Assembly (NCBI GenBank): GCA_046881885.1
Contig: JBKSMP010000019.1
Coordinates: 1-32,000 of the forward strand
Source: Opitutales bacterium
GTDB lineage: Bacteria; Verrucomicrobiota; Verrucomicrobiia; Opitutales; UBA9783
Direction of reading: 5' to 3'
DNA: 32,000 bases
Shown here: in pieces, positions 17,595-28,423 of the stretch
Layout: the number at the start of each line of letters is the position of its first letter
How positions within the stretch are numbered: position 1 is the first letter of the stretch
The notes under the pieces: generated by a model
Told to the model about the DNA's origin: nothing
What the model saw: only the letters and a program-made list of their open reading frames with translations
The model's database searches: none
Program-made: the position numbers and the translations under genes

Positions 17595-20018
17595 TTAAGC
17601 GTCTTCGTGGTCTGTTTCAACGACTTTACAAATTCCGACTAATTGATCATCGGATGTTAAATTGATGAGTCGAACACCCATAGTTGTACGACCAATAACG
17701 CGTACATCCTTGACAGGCGAACGAACGGATTGGCCTGATTTGGTAAACAGCATCATTTCATCCGAATCGCTTACAGTGATAGCACCTGCAACCCCGTGTG
17801 TTTTAATGGCGATGATACCATAGCCGCCACGACGTTGAACACGATATTCGGAGAATTCCGAACGTTTACCTTGTCCTTTAATACCTGCAATGAGCAAGGT
17901 TTGTTTGTCATCAACAACGATTAAAGCTTTGACATAGTCACCTTCATGCAAGCGGATACCACGAACGCCTCTGGTAGCCCGTCCCTGTTCTCTGCAATCC
18001 GATTCTGGGAATCGTATCGAGAGACCTTGATAGGTGATCAAAATTAAATCATCGTTACCTTTGGTGAGTTCAGCTCCGATAATGATATCACCATCGTCTA
18101 CATTCATGCCGATCAAACCAGCTGCTCGACAATTCTTATAAGCCGAAAGGGCTGTTTTCTTAACGACACCATTGCGGGTTGCCATGACCAAAGAATGTTC
18201 GTCGCTGAAGTCTTTGAAGCACATCATTGCAGCAATTTTCTCACCTTCTTGCAGATTGAGCAAATTAATCAAAGCGCGACCTTTGGAGGTACGTGTTCCT
18301 TCAGGAATTTCGTACACTTTCTTAATGTACAAACGACCATTTTGCATCACGAAGAGGATGTAATCGTGTGTACTTGCAGTAAACGAATGTTCAATAAAGT
18401 CTTCGTCGTATTGGCCGGCACCAATGACGCCTTTACCACCACGTTTCTGCGAGCGGAAAGAGCTGATATCGGTACGTTTGATAAAGCCTTTATGCGAAAT
18501 GGTTATGCTGCAGCCAACGTTAGCGATAACGTCTTCCAAGCGGAATTCGGATTCGGCAGGAACGATACGTGTTTTACGATCATTACCGTATTTTTCGCGC
18601 TCTTTGAGGAATTCTTCTTTTAAAACTCCGAGCAATTTCGCATCACTGGATAAAATCGAACGTAATTCTTCTGCAATTTTCAGCAAATTCAGGTATTCGC
18701 CATCGATTTTTTCACGTTCCATGCCCGTCAATTGATACAGACGCAAATCCAAAATAGCACCGGCTTGAATATCCGATAGTTTGTATTTAGCGACCAATGC
18801 AACATGAGCTTCTTCGCGAGAATTAGATCCACGAATGATTTTTACAAAATCATCGAGGTGGTCAATGGCAACCTTGTAACCTTCTAAAATATGCAGACGT
18901 TCTTCGGCTTTACGCAAGCGGAATTGGGTACGGCGCGAAACAACTTCCCGACGATGCTCTAAATAACATTCGAGCATTTCCTTGATATTCATCTGCTTGG
19001 GGCGTTGCTGATCCAAGGCCAACAAGATAACACCGAAAGAAGATTCCAAAGGTGTCATTTTAAACAGTTTATTTAAAACAACACGAGGAACTTCACCACG
19101 CTTCAATTCAACAACAATACGCGTGTTTTCATCCGATTCATCGCGTAAATCGCTGATTTCTGTCAAAATCTTTTGTTGAACCAATTCCGCAATCTTGGTT
19201 ACCAAATTGGCGCGATTAACATTGTACGGGATTTCGGTAATGATAATTTGCTCTTTGCCATTTCCGATTTCTTCACAATGCGCTTCACCGCGAACATGGA
19301 TAATACCACGACCCGTTCGTAAATAATTCGAAATACCTTCGAGACCTACAACGGTTCCACCTGTTGGGAAGTCAGGTCCCTTGACGATCTTCATCACATC
19401 CTCAACCGTTGCATCTTGATTGTCTGCAAGCAGAATAAGCGCATCAATCAATTCGCGTAAATTATGTGGCGGAATATTGGTCGTCATACCGACCGCAATA
19501 CCCGTAGAACCATTAAGCAACAAATTAGGAAGAGCTGCTGGTAAAACAGTGGGTTCCGTTGTACTTTCTTTATAGTTAGGAACGAAATCAACGGTATCCT
19601 CATCGATGTCTTTCAGCAATTCCTCTGCCATTTCTTTCAAACGGCACTCGGTATAACGGTAAGCAGCAGCAGAGTCACCATCAATCGATCCAAAGTTTCC
19701 TTGAGGATCAACAAGCGGATAACGCATCACCCAGTCTTGTGCTAAGCGGACCAAAGCGTCATAAACAGAACTATCACCGTGTGGATGGTAATTTTTTAAA
19801 ACTTCTCCGACAACACCCGCGCATTTATCAAAAGGACGATTGTGCAGCAAACCTTCGCGGAACATAGCGTACAAAATGCGCCGATGAACAGGTTTAAAGC
19901 CATCACGAGCATCCGGCAAAGCACGGCTAACAATAACAGACATCGAGTAATCGATGTAGGCCGACTTCATGATTTCGTCGACATTGGTATCTATTAAAAA
20001 TTCTTTTTCTGCGTACAT
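17595..20018 (-). CDS. gyrA: DNA gyrase subunit A
   Basis: 807 aa. YIDYSMSVIVSRALPDARDGFKPVHRRILYAM, HPHGDSSVYDALVRLAQ, active-site AAAYRYTECRL. C-terminal beta-pinwheel repeats. Confidence 0.97.
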   Translation of the reverse strand: MYAEKEFLIDTNVDEIMKSAYIDYSMSVIVSRALPDARDGFKPVHRRILYAMFREGLLHNRPFDKCAGVVGEVLKNYHPHGDSSVYDALVRLAQDWVMRYPLVDPQGNFGSIDGDSAAAYRYTECRLKEMAEELLKDIDEDTVDFVPNYKESTTEPTVLPAALPNLLLNGSTGIAVGMTTNIPPHNLRELIDALILLADNQDATVEDVMKIVKGPDFPTGGTVVGLEGISNYLRTGRGIIHVRGEAHCEEIGNGKEQIIITEIPYNVNRANLVTKIAELVQQKILTEISDLRDESDENTRIVVELKRGEVPRVVLNKLFKMTPLESSFGVILLALDQQRPKQMNIKEMLECYLEHRREVVSRRTQFRLRKAEERLHILEGYKVAIDHLDDFVKIIRGSNSREEAHVALVAKYKLSDIQAGAILDLRLYQLTGMEREKIDGEYLNLLKIAEELRSILSSDAKLLGVLKEEFLKEREKYGNDRKTRIVPAESEFRLEDVIANVGCSITISHKGFIKRTDISSFRSQKRGGKGVIGAGQYDEDFIEHSFTASTHDYILFVMQNGRLYIKKVYEIPEGTRTSKGRALINLLNLQEGEKIAAMMCFKDFSDEHSLVMATRNGVVKKTALSAYKNCRAAGLIGMNVDDGDIIIGAELTKGNDDLILITYQGLSIRFPESDCREQGRATRGVRGIRLHEGDYVKALIVVDDKQTLLIAGIKGQGKRSEFSEYRVQRRGGYGIIAIKTHGVAGAITVSDSDEMMLFTKSGQSVRSPVKDVRVIGRTTMGVRLINLTSDDQLVGICKVVETDHEDA

Positions 20019-20022
20019 GATA

Positions 20023-22575
<2,553 letters not shown>

Positions 22576-22600
22576 CTAGTTGTAACAAAATCTACCAACT

Positions 22601-22629
22601 TTGCAAGGAATCGTTTCAAATTTTTTAAT
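22601..22629 (+). promoter_or_regulatory. Candidate sigma70-type promoter (TTGCAA-17 nt-TTTAAT) pointing away from gyrB
   Basis: TTGCAA at 22601-22606 and TTTAAT at 22624-22629 with a 17-nt spacer. The intergenic region is AT-rich, so a chance match is possible. Confidence 0.3.
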
Positions 22630-22902
22630 TTTGGTGCGTTTTTTTTGCTGAATCATACTAAAATTTCAGAAGAATTAAAAAAATCACCTCCGAATATTCG
22701 AAACGGAACAACGGATTTATTTTATAAAGCCTTACAAGCCAACACAACCTTAGAACGATTTCAAATTCTCCACACAAGACTTACCGATTCTCAAAACCCA
22801 ATAACTACAATAGAAGGTCTTCAAAAAGCATTAACATGTTTTAACATAAAACAATAATAAAAGGAATGATTTCGCAAAAAACAACCTCAACAACACTTAT
22901 TG

Positions 22903-22929
22903 TAGGGGGCTTAAGCTCCCTATTTTTTT
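22903..22929 (+). terminator. Rho-independent terminator with no annotated upstream gene
   Basis: Stem TAGGGGGC / GCTCCCTA (8 bp, one G.U), loop TTAA, then seven T (22923-22929). GC-rich stem in an AT-rich spacer. There is no T-run in the opposite orientation. Confidence 0.55.
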
Positions 22930-22990
22930 AAAAGTTGCTTTTTGGTATTGACGTTTGATCGGGAATTAGGCTGAATTTTTAATATTCAAT

Positions 22991-23066
<76 letters not shown>

Positions 23067-23095
23067 TTGAACCCTTAATCGTTAACGAGGTTTTT

Positions 23096-23254
23096 ATGTC
23101 GCAACATTCAAGTTTTAAAAAAAGTGCCGGCAGCACAAATGCCAGCAAGACGGTATTGAAGCGTTTTGAACGCATCGAGTTATTGAAAAAACGTGGCCAA
23201 TGGAAAGAAGGCCAAAGCGTTTTAGGTTTAATGAAAACAAAACCAGAATTATAA
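23096..23254 (+). CDS. Small basic protein (PVC-type, about 52 aa)
   Basis: MSQHSSFKKSAGSTNASKTVLKRFERIELLKKRGQWKEGQSVLGLMKTKPEL. The pattern (S.K...VLKR.ERI..LK....WKEG.SV.GL.K) matches my recollection of the 'small basic protein' family of Planctomycetes and Verrucomicrobia. GAGG lies 5 nt upstream of the ATG. The track ORF's N-terminal part (from 23006) overlaps the tRNA and is discarded. Confidence 0.65.
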   Translation: MSQHSSFKKSAGSTNASKTVLKRFERIELLKKRGQWKEGQSVLGLMKTKPEL

Positions 23255-23260
23255 TTATTT

Positions 23261-23818
23261 ATGGCATCCGCGACAGATATTCGTAAAAGCAATGTGATCA
23301 TGTTCCAAAATGCGCCTCACATCGCGCTCGAAGTGGAACATCGTACACAAGGTCGCCAGTCAGGTTTTGTGCAAGTTACCTTACGTAATCTTATTAGTGG
23401 AGTTTCAACAAAAACAAAGTTCCATTCTAATGACACTGTTGATTTTTGCTTTGTAGAATCACGCGAATTGGAATTTTCGTATATTGATGATATGGGGTAC
23501 CATTTCCTCAATACGGAAACCTATGAAGATGAGGTTATTCCTGCAAATCTATTAAAAGAACAAAAAGATTATTTGATTCAAGGAACGGCTTATTCTGTGC
23601 TTTTCGTTGAGGAAAAACCGGTACAAATCCAATTGCCTCCGTCGCTTGCAATGAAGGTTACAGAAGCTTCTGAAGGTTTACGTGGTGATACTGCAAGCAA
23701 TGCACAAAAGCCAGTTATCGTAGAAACAGGCTTACGCGTTCAGGTACCGCTCTTCATTAAAACCGGCGAGGTTATTCGTGTAAATACAAACGACGGTTCC
23801 TACTTAGGCCGCGCTTAG
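23261..23818 (+). CDS. efp: Elongation factor P
   Basis: 185 aa. Collinear with E. coli EF-P: loop HRTQGRQSGFVQVTLRNL vs VKPGKGQAFARVKLRRL; LRGDTASNAQKPVIVETGLRVQVPLFIKTGEVIRVNT vs [37 protein letters not shown]. Confidence 0.95.
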   Translation: MASATDIRKSNVIMFQNAPHIALEVEHRTQGRQSGFVQVTLRNLISGVSTKTKFHSNDTVDFCFVESRELEFSYIDDMGYHFLNTETYEDEVIPANLLKEQKDYLIQGTAYSVLFVEEKPVQIQLPPSLAMKVTEASEGLRGDTASNAQKPVIVETGLRVQVPLFIKTGEVIRVNTNDGSYLGRA

Positions 23819-23821
23819 TTT

Positions 23822-24745
23822 ATGCCTAAAAAACAGGCAGAAGGTCCAAAACCAAAAACAATGTACACTTTGGTTTTGGATGCTTTACAAGCAGATCGAT
23901 TGCAACAATGGTGCTTAGATCGAGGTTGGGAATCGTTTAGCGTTCAATACGCACAATTTGCTTTTCGCGGCAATGATATTAATGTCGTTTTCTATCAAAA
24001 AAGTGGCAAATTGGTCATACAGGGAAAAAACACCGAAGACTTTGTTTGCAACGTTTTAGAGCCAGAAATTACAAAAGAATTCAAGTTTGGCCTGGAACGA
24101 CTAGAACATCCAGAATGGTTTAGACCCCATGCAGGCATGGATGAAAGCGGCAAAGGAGACTTATTTGGGCCCTTAGTAGCTGCTTGCGTGATTGCAGATG
24201 AATCTCATGTTGATTTTTGGGTAAAAAATGGCCTGAAAGAAAGTAAACAAGTCACCAGTGACGCTCGCGTTTTCAAAATGGAGCAATTGGTACGCGGAAC
24301 TAAGGGCGTGGTTATTGAAGTTGCTTATGCGGGCATGGAAAAATACAATCAACTTTATTCCAAATTTAACAATTTAAATAATCTACTCGCCTGGTTTCAC
24401 GCAAAAGCTCTAGAAGGGGCCTTAAAAAAACGTCCCGTCTCTGAAGGTCTACTAGATCAGTTCACCACTTCTAAACTGGTTCAACGATACTTAAAGATCG
24501 AAAATTTCAATCTACAACAACAAGTACGTGCCGAAGCCGATCCTGTTGTAGCAGCCGCTTCCATCATCGCTAGAGCAGAATATTTACGACAATTAAAACG
24601 CTTGAGTGAACAAGCCGGCATGCCCCTCCCCAAAGGTTGTGGTACGCAAGCTAAAGAAGCCCTACAAAAGCTGATTGCAAGCCAAGGACGCGAAGCTATG
24701 TCGAAATTTATCAAATTACACTTCAAAACATTTCAGGAAGCGTAA
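23822..24745 (+). CDS. rnhC: Ribonuclease HIII
   Basis: 307 aa. N-terminal about 85-aa TBP-like/DUF3378-type domain, followed by an RNase HII/HIII catalytic core with GMDESGKGDLFGPLVAACV. Length and architecture fit HIII rather than HII. Confidence 0.85.
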   Translation: MPKKQAEGPKPKTMYTLVLDALQADRLQQWCLDRGWESFSVQYAQFAFRGNDINVVFYQKSGKLVIQGKNTEDFVCNVLEPEITKEFKFGLERLEHPEWFRPHAGMDESGKGDLFGPLVAACVIADESHVDFWVKNGLKESKQVTSDARVFKMEQLVRGTKGVVIEVAYAGMEKYNQLYSKFNNLNNLLAWFHAKALEGALKKRPVSEGLLDQFTTSKLVQRYLKIENFNLQQQVRAEADPVVAAASIIARAEYLRQLKRLSEQAGMPLPKGCGTQAKEALQKLIASQGREAMSKFIKLHFKTFQEA

Positions 24746-24749
24746 AGTT

Positions 24750-25568
24750 TCAAAAAGAAAAGTGTTTGGAAAAATTTATCCATACATCCAAATCAATTTC
24801 TTCTGCTCGTATTTGGTGAGGAATTTGTTTTTGAGACAAAAATTCCAAAAATCTTTCAGCCACTTCATTAGAAATCGTTTTACAGACACGACCAATTTGC
24901 TGCCGACGATGTAAAAAAACCTGTCGTAAAAACAATTTTACGTCTTTAGGAAATATATAAGCATCTGTACGTTTTACAAGGTGAATAAGCAAAGAATCCA
25001 CTTTAGGTTGCGGATAAAAGCAATTTTTGCCGACACAACATTTATTGGCCAAAGAATAAGCTGCTTGGAGATTAACACTCAAGGCACCAAAATTCTTCGT
25101 ACCTGCTTTTGAAAGCCAACGATTCGCAGCTTCTTTTTGCACCAACAAAACCATGCATTCAGGCAATCGAACTTGCTCCAAAATAAAATCCAACCAAACA
25201 CTCGCAATCGCATAAGGAAGGTTTGCAACAATTTTGTAAGATTTCGATCCATCAAAGGTGCCTATTGGAAATTGCAAAGCATCTTCATTACAAACCGAAA
25301 TAGGAAAGGTTTCTTGAATATATCGAAAAAAACACGCATCTTTTTCTACAGCAAAAACCTGCGCACCGGTTTCAACTAAGGCTCCCGTTAAGGTTCCACA
25401 ACCTGGGCCAATCTCAACAACAACATCTTCAAAGTTCAACTGTGCCCATTCTAGAGATTTTTGAACAAAACGAGCATTAATTAAAAAATTTTGTCCTAAC
25501 TTTCGATTAGGACAAACACCCAAATGAGCCAAAATCTTTCGTGTTTGACTAAGGTCTAAGGCCCACAT
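24750..25568 (-). CDS. rsmA: 16S rRNA (adenine1518/1519-N6)-dimethyltransferase
   Basis: 272 aa. KLGQNFLIN, SAM motif VVEIGPGCGTLT, VANLPY. Convergent with rnhC, with 4 nt between the stops. Confidence 0.9.
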   Translation of the reverse strand: MWALDLSQTRKILAHLGVCPNRKLGQNFLINARFVQKSLEWAQLNFEDVVVEIGPGCGTLTGALVETGAQVFAVEKDACFFRYIQETFPISVCNEDALQFPIGTFDGSKSYKIVANLPYAIASVWLDFILEQVRLPECMVLLVQKEAANRWLSKAGTKNFGALSVNLQAAYSLANKCCVGKNCFYPQPKVDSLLIHLVKRTDAYIFPKDVKLFLRQVFLHRRQQIGRVCKTISNEVAERFLEFLSQKQIPHQIRAEEIDLDVWINFSKHFSF

Positions 25569-25577
25569 AAGGGGATT

Positions 25578-25778
25578 TTATATATTTTCGCGTTTTTGGC
25601 GCAACATGTTATTGAACGCTGCAACCTTTTTCTTCTGACGTCTTACCTCGCAAGGCTTTTCAAAATAACGCTTTGCTTTAACATCGCGCAAAACTCCTTC
25701 GCGATCTAATTTTTTCTTCAAGCGGCGTAAAGCCTTTTCTAAAGGTTCACTTTTGCGCAATTTAACTTCAACGGACAT
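25578..25778 (-). CDS. rpsU: 30S ribosomal protein S21
   Basis: 66 aa from ATG 25778 (MSVEVKLRKSEPLEKALRRLKKKLDREGVLRDVKAKRYFEKP...). AAGGAG lies 10 nt upstream. The track's 12-codon N-terminal extension is rejected. Confidence 0.9.
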   Translation of the reverse strand: MSVEVKLRKSEPLEKALRRLKKKLDREGVLRDVKAKRYFEKPCEVRRQKKKVAAFNNMLRQKRENI

Positions 25779-25812
25779 TGCTATTTTTCTCCTTGGTTTT
25801 ACTAATACAAAC

Positions 25813-25842
25813 AATATTGAGGATCACCCCCAACAAGGTCAA
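25813..25842 (-). promoter_or_regulatory. Candidate rpsU promoter (TTGACC-18 nt-AATATT on the minus strand)
   Basis: Minus-strand TTGACC = 25842-25837 and AATATT = 25818-25813. This would give a leader of about 28 nt containing the AAGGAG SD. Overlaps the sequence discussed as a possible phage end. Confidence 0.3.
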
Positions 25843-25923
25843 GCGTTTTTTCCGAAAAACCTATCGCATTACAAATCCATAAAAACATCACATCCTTCTT
25901 TTTTTATGAGTTTTATACCCCCC

Positions 25924-26592
25924 CTACTCCACGGTAAAAAATTCGGGAAGAATTTCGATTTTATGGATTTTACCTTCAATTTCCTTTGGACAAGGCGTTC
26001 GCAAGCGAAAGGTAACTGAGGAATTGAGGAAAGTGGTTGTATACGAATCTAGCAAAGGATTATTGTGCCGTTCATCTAGCCAATCGCTTGTGGTTAAGGA
26101 AAAATCCTCATTGTTGGCAGCTTCCTTAAAATCCAAGCGCAAGCTTAATGTTTCAGTAAGATCACGCTCTATTGGGCGCCATAAAAGCGGCGAATTTTCG
26201 GTTAACAAAGTCTGTAAAGCAACACTTTGGGGCCAATCCAAGGTACTTTTGGTCGTAAATACTTGAGCAGGATAAAAATGGCATTCGGTTGTAATCTCCA
26301 AATCATCATCTGAAATTTCCGTATGCAAACCATAATCTTTTAAAGCAATCCGTTCCAAAAGTGTAAATGGTGTTGCATCTAAACGTACTGTATTTTGGAT
26401 GGGAAAATCATTAATTTGATAATGATAATTAATGGTAAGCTTTGCGAGAAGCCAATAACAACGCACAATGCTTGGAATATCCAAATGGGTAATGGTATCG
26501 CATTTTTTGGTTCCAAGATGGGGATAAACAAAGCGTCTCGTCGTAACACCGTAAGGCGAAACAAACGTTCTAAAAGGTTTTATTGTAGGCAT
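25924..26592 (-). CDS. Hypothetical protein, last gene of the phage-like cluster
   Basis: 222-aa ORF starting 12 nt after the upstream stop. No motif recognised. Called a gene only from operon context and length. Confidence 0.4.
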   Translation of the reverse strand: MPTIKPFRTFVSPYGVTTRRFVYPHLGTKKCDTITHLDIPSIVRCYWLLAKLTINYHYQINDFPIQNTVRLDATPFTLLERIALKDYGLHTEISDDDLEITTECHFYPAQVFTTKSTLDWPQSVALQTLLTENSPLLWRPIERDLTETLSLRLDFKEAANNEDFSLTTSDWLDERHNNPLLDSYTTTFLNSSVTFRLRTPCPKEIEGKIHKIEILPEFFTVE

Positions 26593-26604
26593 AAATAAAA
26601 AGGT

Positions 26605-28299
26605 TTAGGAAGAAAGCAGCCAAATTTTCTTAAGCACGCCGGATTCGACAACGTCAAACGGCTTTAAAGACATTTGCGTGTTAGGTGGTAAACTGGCAGC
26701 GTCGATAGAAATGGTTTTGTCTGCGCTTTTTAAGGTTAGTTGCGAATAGGTTCCTTGGTTGCAGCTTGAATTGATAATAGGCGTTAAATGCGGAAAATAG
26801 GTACGAGATTGGCCTGAAGCTTTTTGAGCAAAACGCATATGAGGATCATTGGAAATCGTACGCAGCCGATTGGCGCGCATCAATTGAATCAGATCGTTTG
26901 GCCCCAAATGCTTAGGTGCACCAAATTTAAGCTGTACAGTACCGGAATCTAAGTGCATATATTCTTCTTGGATAGGAACTTGAAGCGATTCCCAAGCTTT
27001 ATCGCCATGCAAAAATTTCAGTTTCTTGCCTAAATAAGACGATTCCAATTCCTCGCATTCAAACTGCACCGAACCTTCATGCTGCAAACATTGTGTCGAC
27101 TCGTAGAGGATTTTTGCTAAATTTTGGGGAGGTTTTACGCCTTCCGTAAGGTAAACACAATTGCGATAGGTTTTTGAAACAGCATCCGTACTACAAATTT
27201 TCAATGCAAATAACTGATGTGCTACTTGCGTGTCATTCGTTTTGTAACTAATAGTTGCAGTTATGGTTTCGTATTGCGCTTTACACTGCATCCAAGGTGC
27301 AATGGCTCCCTCCAGCAACTCATTAGGTAATTTCGTCGTTCTCTGAACCGATTCAAGTTGAATATCCGTGTCAGGAATCGCTTGCAAGGTTGGAAAATGC
27401 TGCTTCCACCAATCAACGGAATGGGTTTGAATCGGCTGCACTTGAACCCACTGCTCTTGAATATGCGTATGGGTCCCTTCCAACTCAACTGTCAAAACGA
27501 GCGTATTCATCGCATCGCTAGGGCAATTTTTGGGAAAAACATCAACCGTAGTTGTTTTCCAAGTACCCTTTTCGTTCGAATTTGAATGTTCGTATTTTAA
27601 AACAACACCGTTCAGCTTTAAATCGTTACGTGGCGTTAAAGAAAATTGGCTTAAACGTTGAAGGGATAAAGACATAGATTCTAAAAAGGCTTGCCGAGAA
27701 ATGTTAAACGTAGGCTTTGCAGCCGTGTAATCAAACCAACAAACCGCATCTGGAGTCCATCGAAGAAGCTTCTGGATGACCTCCATACAGCTACAATCTT
27801 TAATGGTTTCGCAAGGAAAGAAAAAATCAAAACCTTCGATTTTCCCCAATTGCAAAGGTGCTCCATGCTGAATACAATACTGAATTATGTTTGTTAAGCA
27901 ATTTTTTGCATCCATAGCCTTTCCGTCCTCTGATTGTCCTAATTGACACAAACTTCTTGGGATCGAAATCATTTCTTCATCGTTAGCACCCTTAAAATAC
28001 TGCCAAGATTGCTGAAAAATAAGATGCTCCAAGTACCAATTGGGACCAGAAACCCTATAGGATTTGCTTTCTTCGTTTACAGAAAATTGACAAGGTATTT
28101 GCACGATTCTTCCGCTAAACCAACGGGCATTATCTTTAAAAATTTCGATAGTGTCATCGCATTTAAAGGGTACGTTATTCGCTTCTGTTTTAAAAGAAAG
28201 TGTATCGCTTCCCTGATTTAAAACACGACGATTTACATCATAAATATACCACTTCGCTAACGGTTTTTTTACCCCCTGATAGCTTAAATACCAAGTCAT
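26605..28299 (-). CDS. Hypothetical phage structural protein (possible tail hub or distal tail component)
   Basis: 564 aa, the largest ORF of the cluster. The N-terminal about 100 aa (WYLSYQGVKKPLAKWYI...DTLSFKT...DDTIEIFKDNARWFSGRIV) and CMEVIQKLLRWTPDAVCWFDYTAAKPTFNI recall tail-hub or distal-tail proteins by pattern only. Not helical like a tape measure. Confidence 0.4.
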   Translation of the reverse strand: MTWYLSYQGVKKPLAKWYIYDVNRRVLNQGSDTLSFKTEANNVPFKCDDTIEIFKDNARWFSGRIVQIPCQFSVNEESKSYRVSGPNWYLEHLIFQQSWQYFKGANDEEMISIPRSLCQLGQSEDGKAMDAKNCLTNIIQYCIQHGAPLQLGKIEGFDFFFPCETIKDCSCMEVIQKLLRWTPDAVCWFDYTAAKPTFNISRQAFLESMSLSLQRLSQFSLTPRNDLKLNGVVLKYEHSNSNEKGTWKTTTVDVFPKNCPSDAMNTLVLTVELEGTHTHIQEQWVQVQPIQTHSVDWWKQHFPTLQAIPDTDIQLESVQRTTKLPNELLEGAIAPWMQCKAQYETITATISYKTNDTQVAHQLFALKICSTDAVSKTYRNCVYLTEGVKPPQNLAKILYESTQCLQHEGSVQFECEELESSYLGKKLKFLHGDKAWESLQVPIQEEYMHLDSGTVQLKFGAPKHLGPNDLIQLMRANRLRTISNDPHMRFAQKASGQSRTYFPHLTPIINSSCNQGTYSQLTLKSADKTISIDAASLPPNTQMSLKPFDVVESGVLKKIWLLSS

Positions 28300-28300
28300 A

Positions 28301-28423
28301 TTAATGCCTCAAATTCTCTAATTGTTCTTTTACTTCTTTTAAGTCCCATTCTAGCGAATGAAGCTTGTCAATTTGCTCATATAAAGCGTCCCAAAGAGCA
28401 TTATTATCTTCAATGGTTTGCAT
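28301..28423 (-). CDS. Small (40 aa) predicted coiled-coil protein
   Basis: MQTIEDNNALWDALYEQIDKLHSLEWDLKEVKEQLENLRH. The ATG at 28423 is preceded by GGAGGAG 7 nt upstream. Overlaps the end of the 132-aa ORF by 14 nt and stops 1 nt before the 564-aa ORF start. The track's 86-aa version is trimmed. Confidence 0.4.
   Translation of the reverse strand: MQTIEDNNALWDALYEQIDKLHSLEWDLKEVKEQLENLRH

Noticed and set aside
18195-18623. 142-aa and other antisense ORFs inside gyrA/gyrB (18172-18735, 20027-22477). Similar shadow ORFs lie inside mutS, the DUF374 gene, sctC and the phage genes.
   Set aside because: They sit on the opposite strand of strongly supported conserved genes, have odd composition and no motifs. 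They are typical shadow ORFs.
19758-19772. The GyrA quinolone-resistance-determining residues were checked (GDSSVYD; Ser83 and Asp87 in E. coli numbering, which happens to coincide here).
   Set aside because: Both positions carry the wild-type Ser and Asp. There is nothing unusual to report.
24743-24752. Convergent rnhC and rsmA stops are separated by only 4 nt with no terminator.
   Set aside because: This is common in compact genomes. No hairpin or other signal is visible, so it was not pursued.
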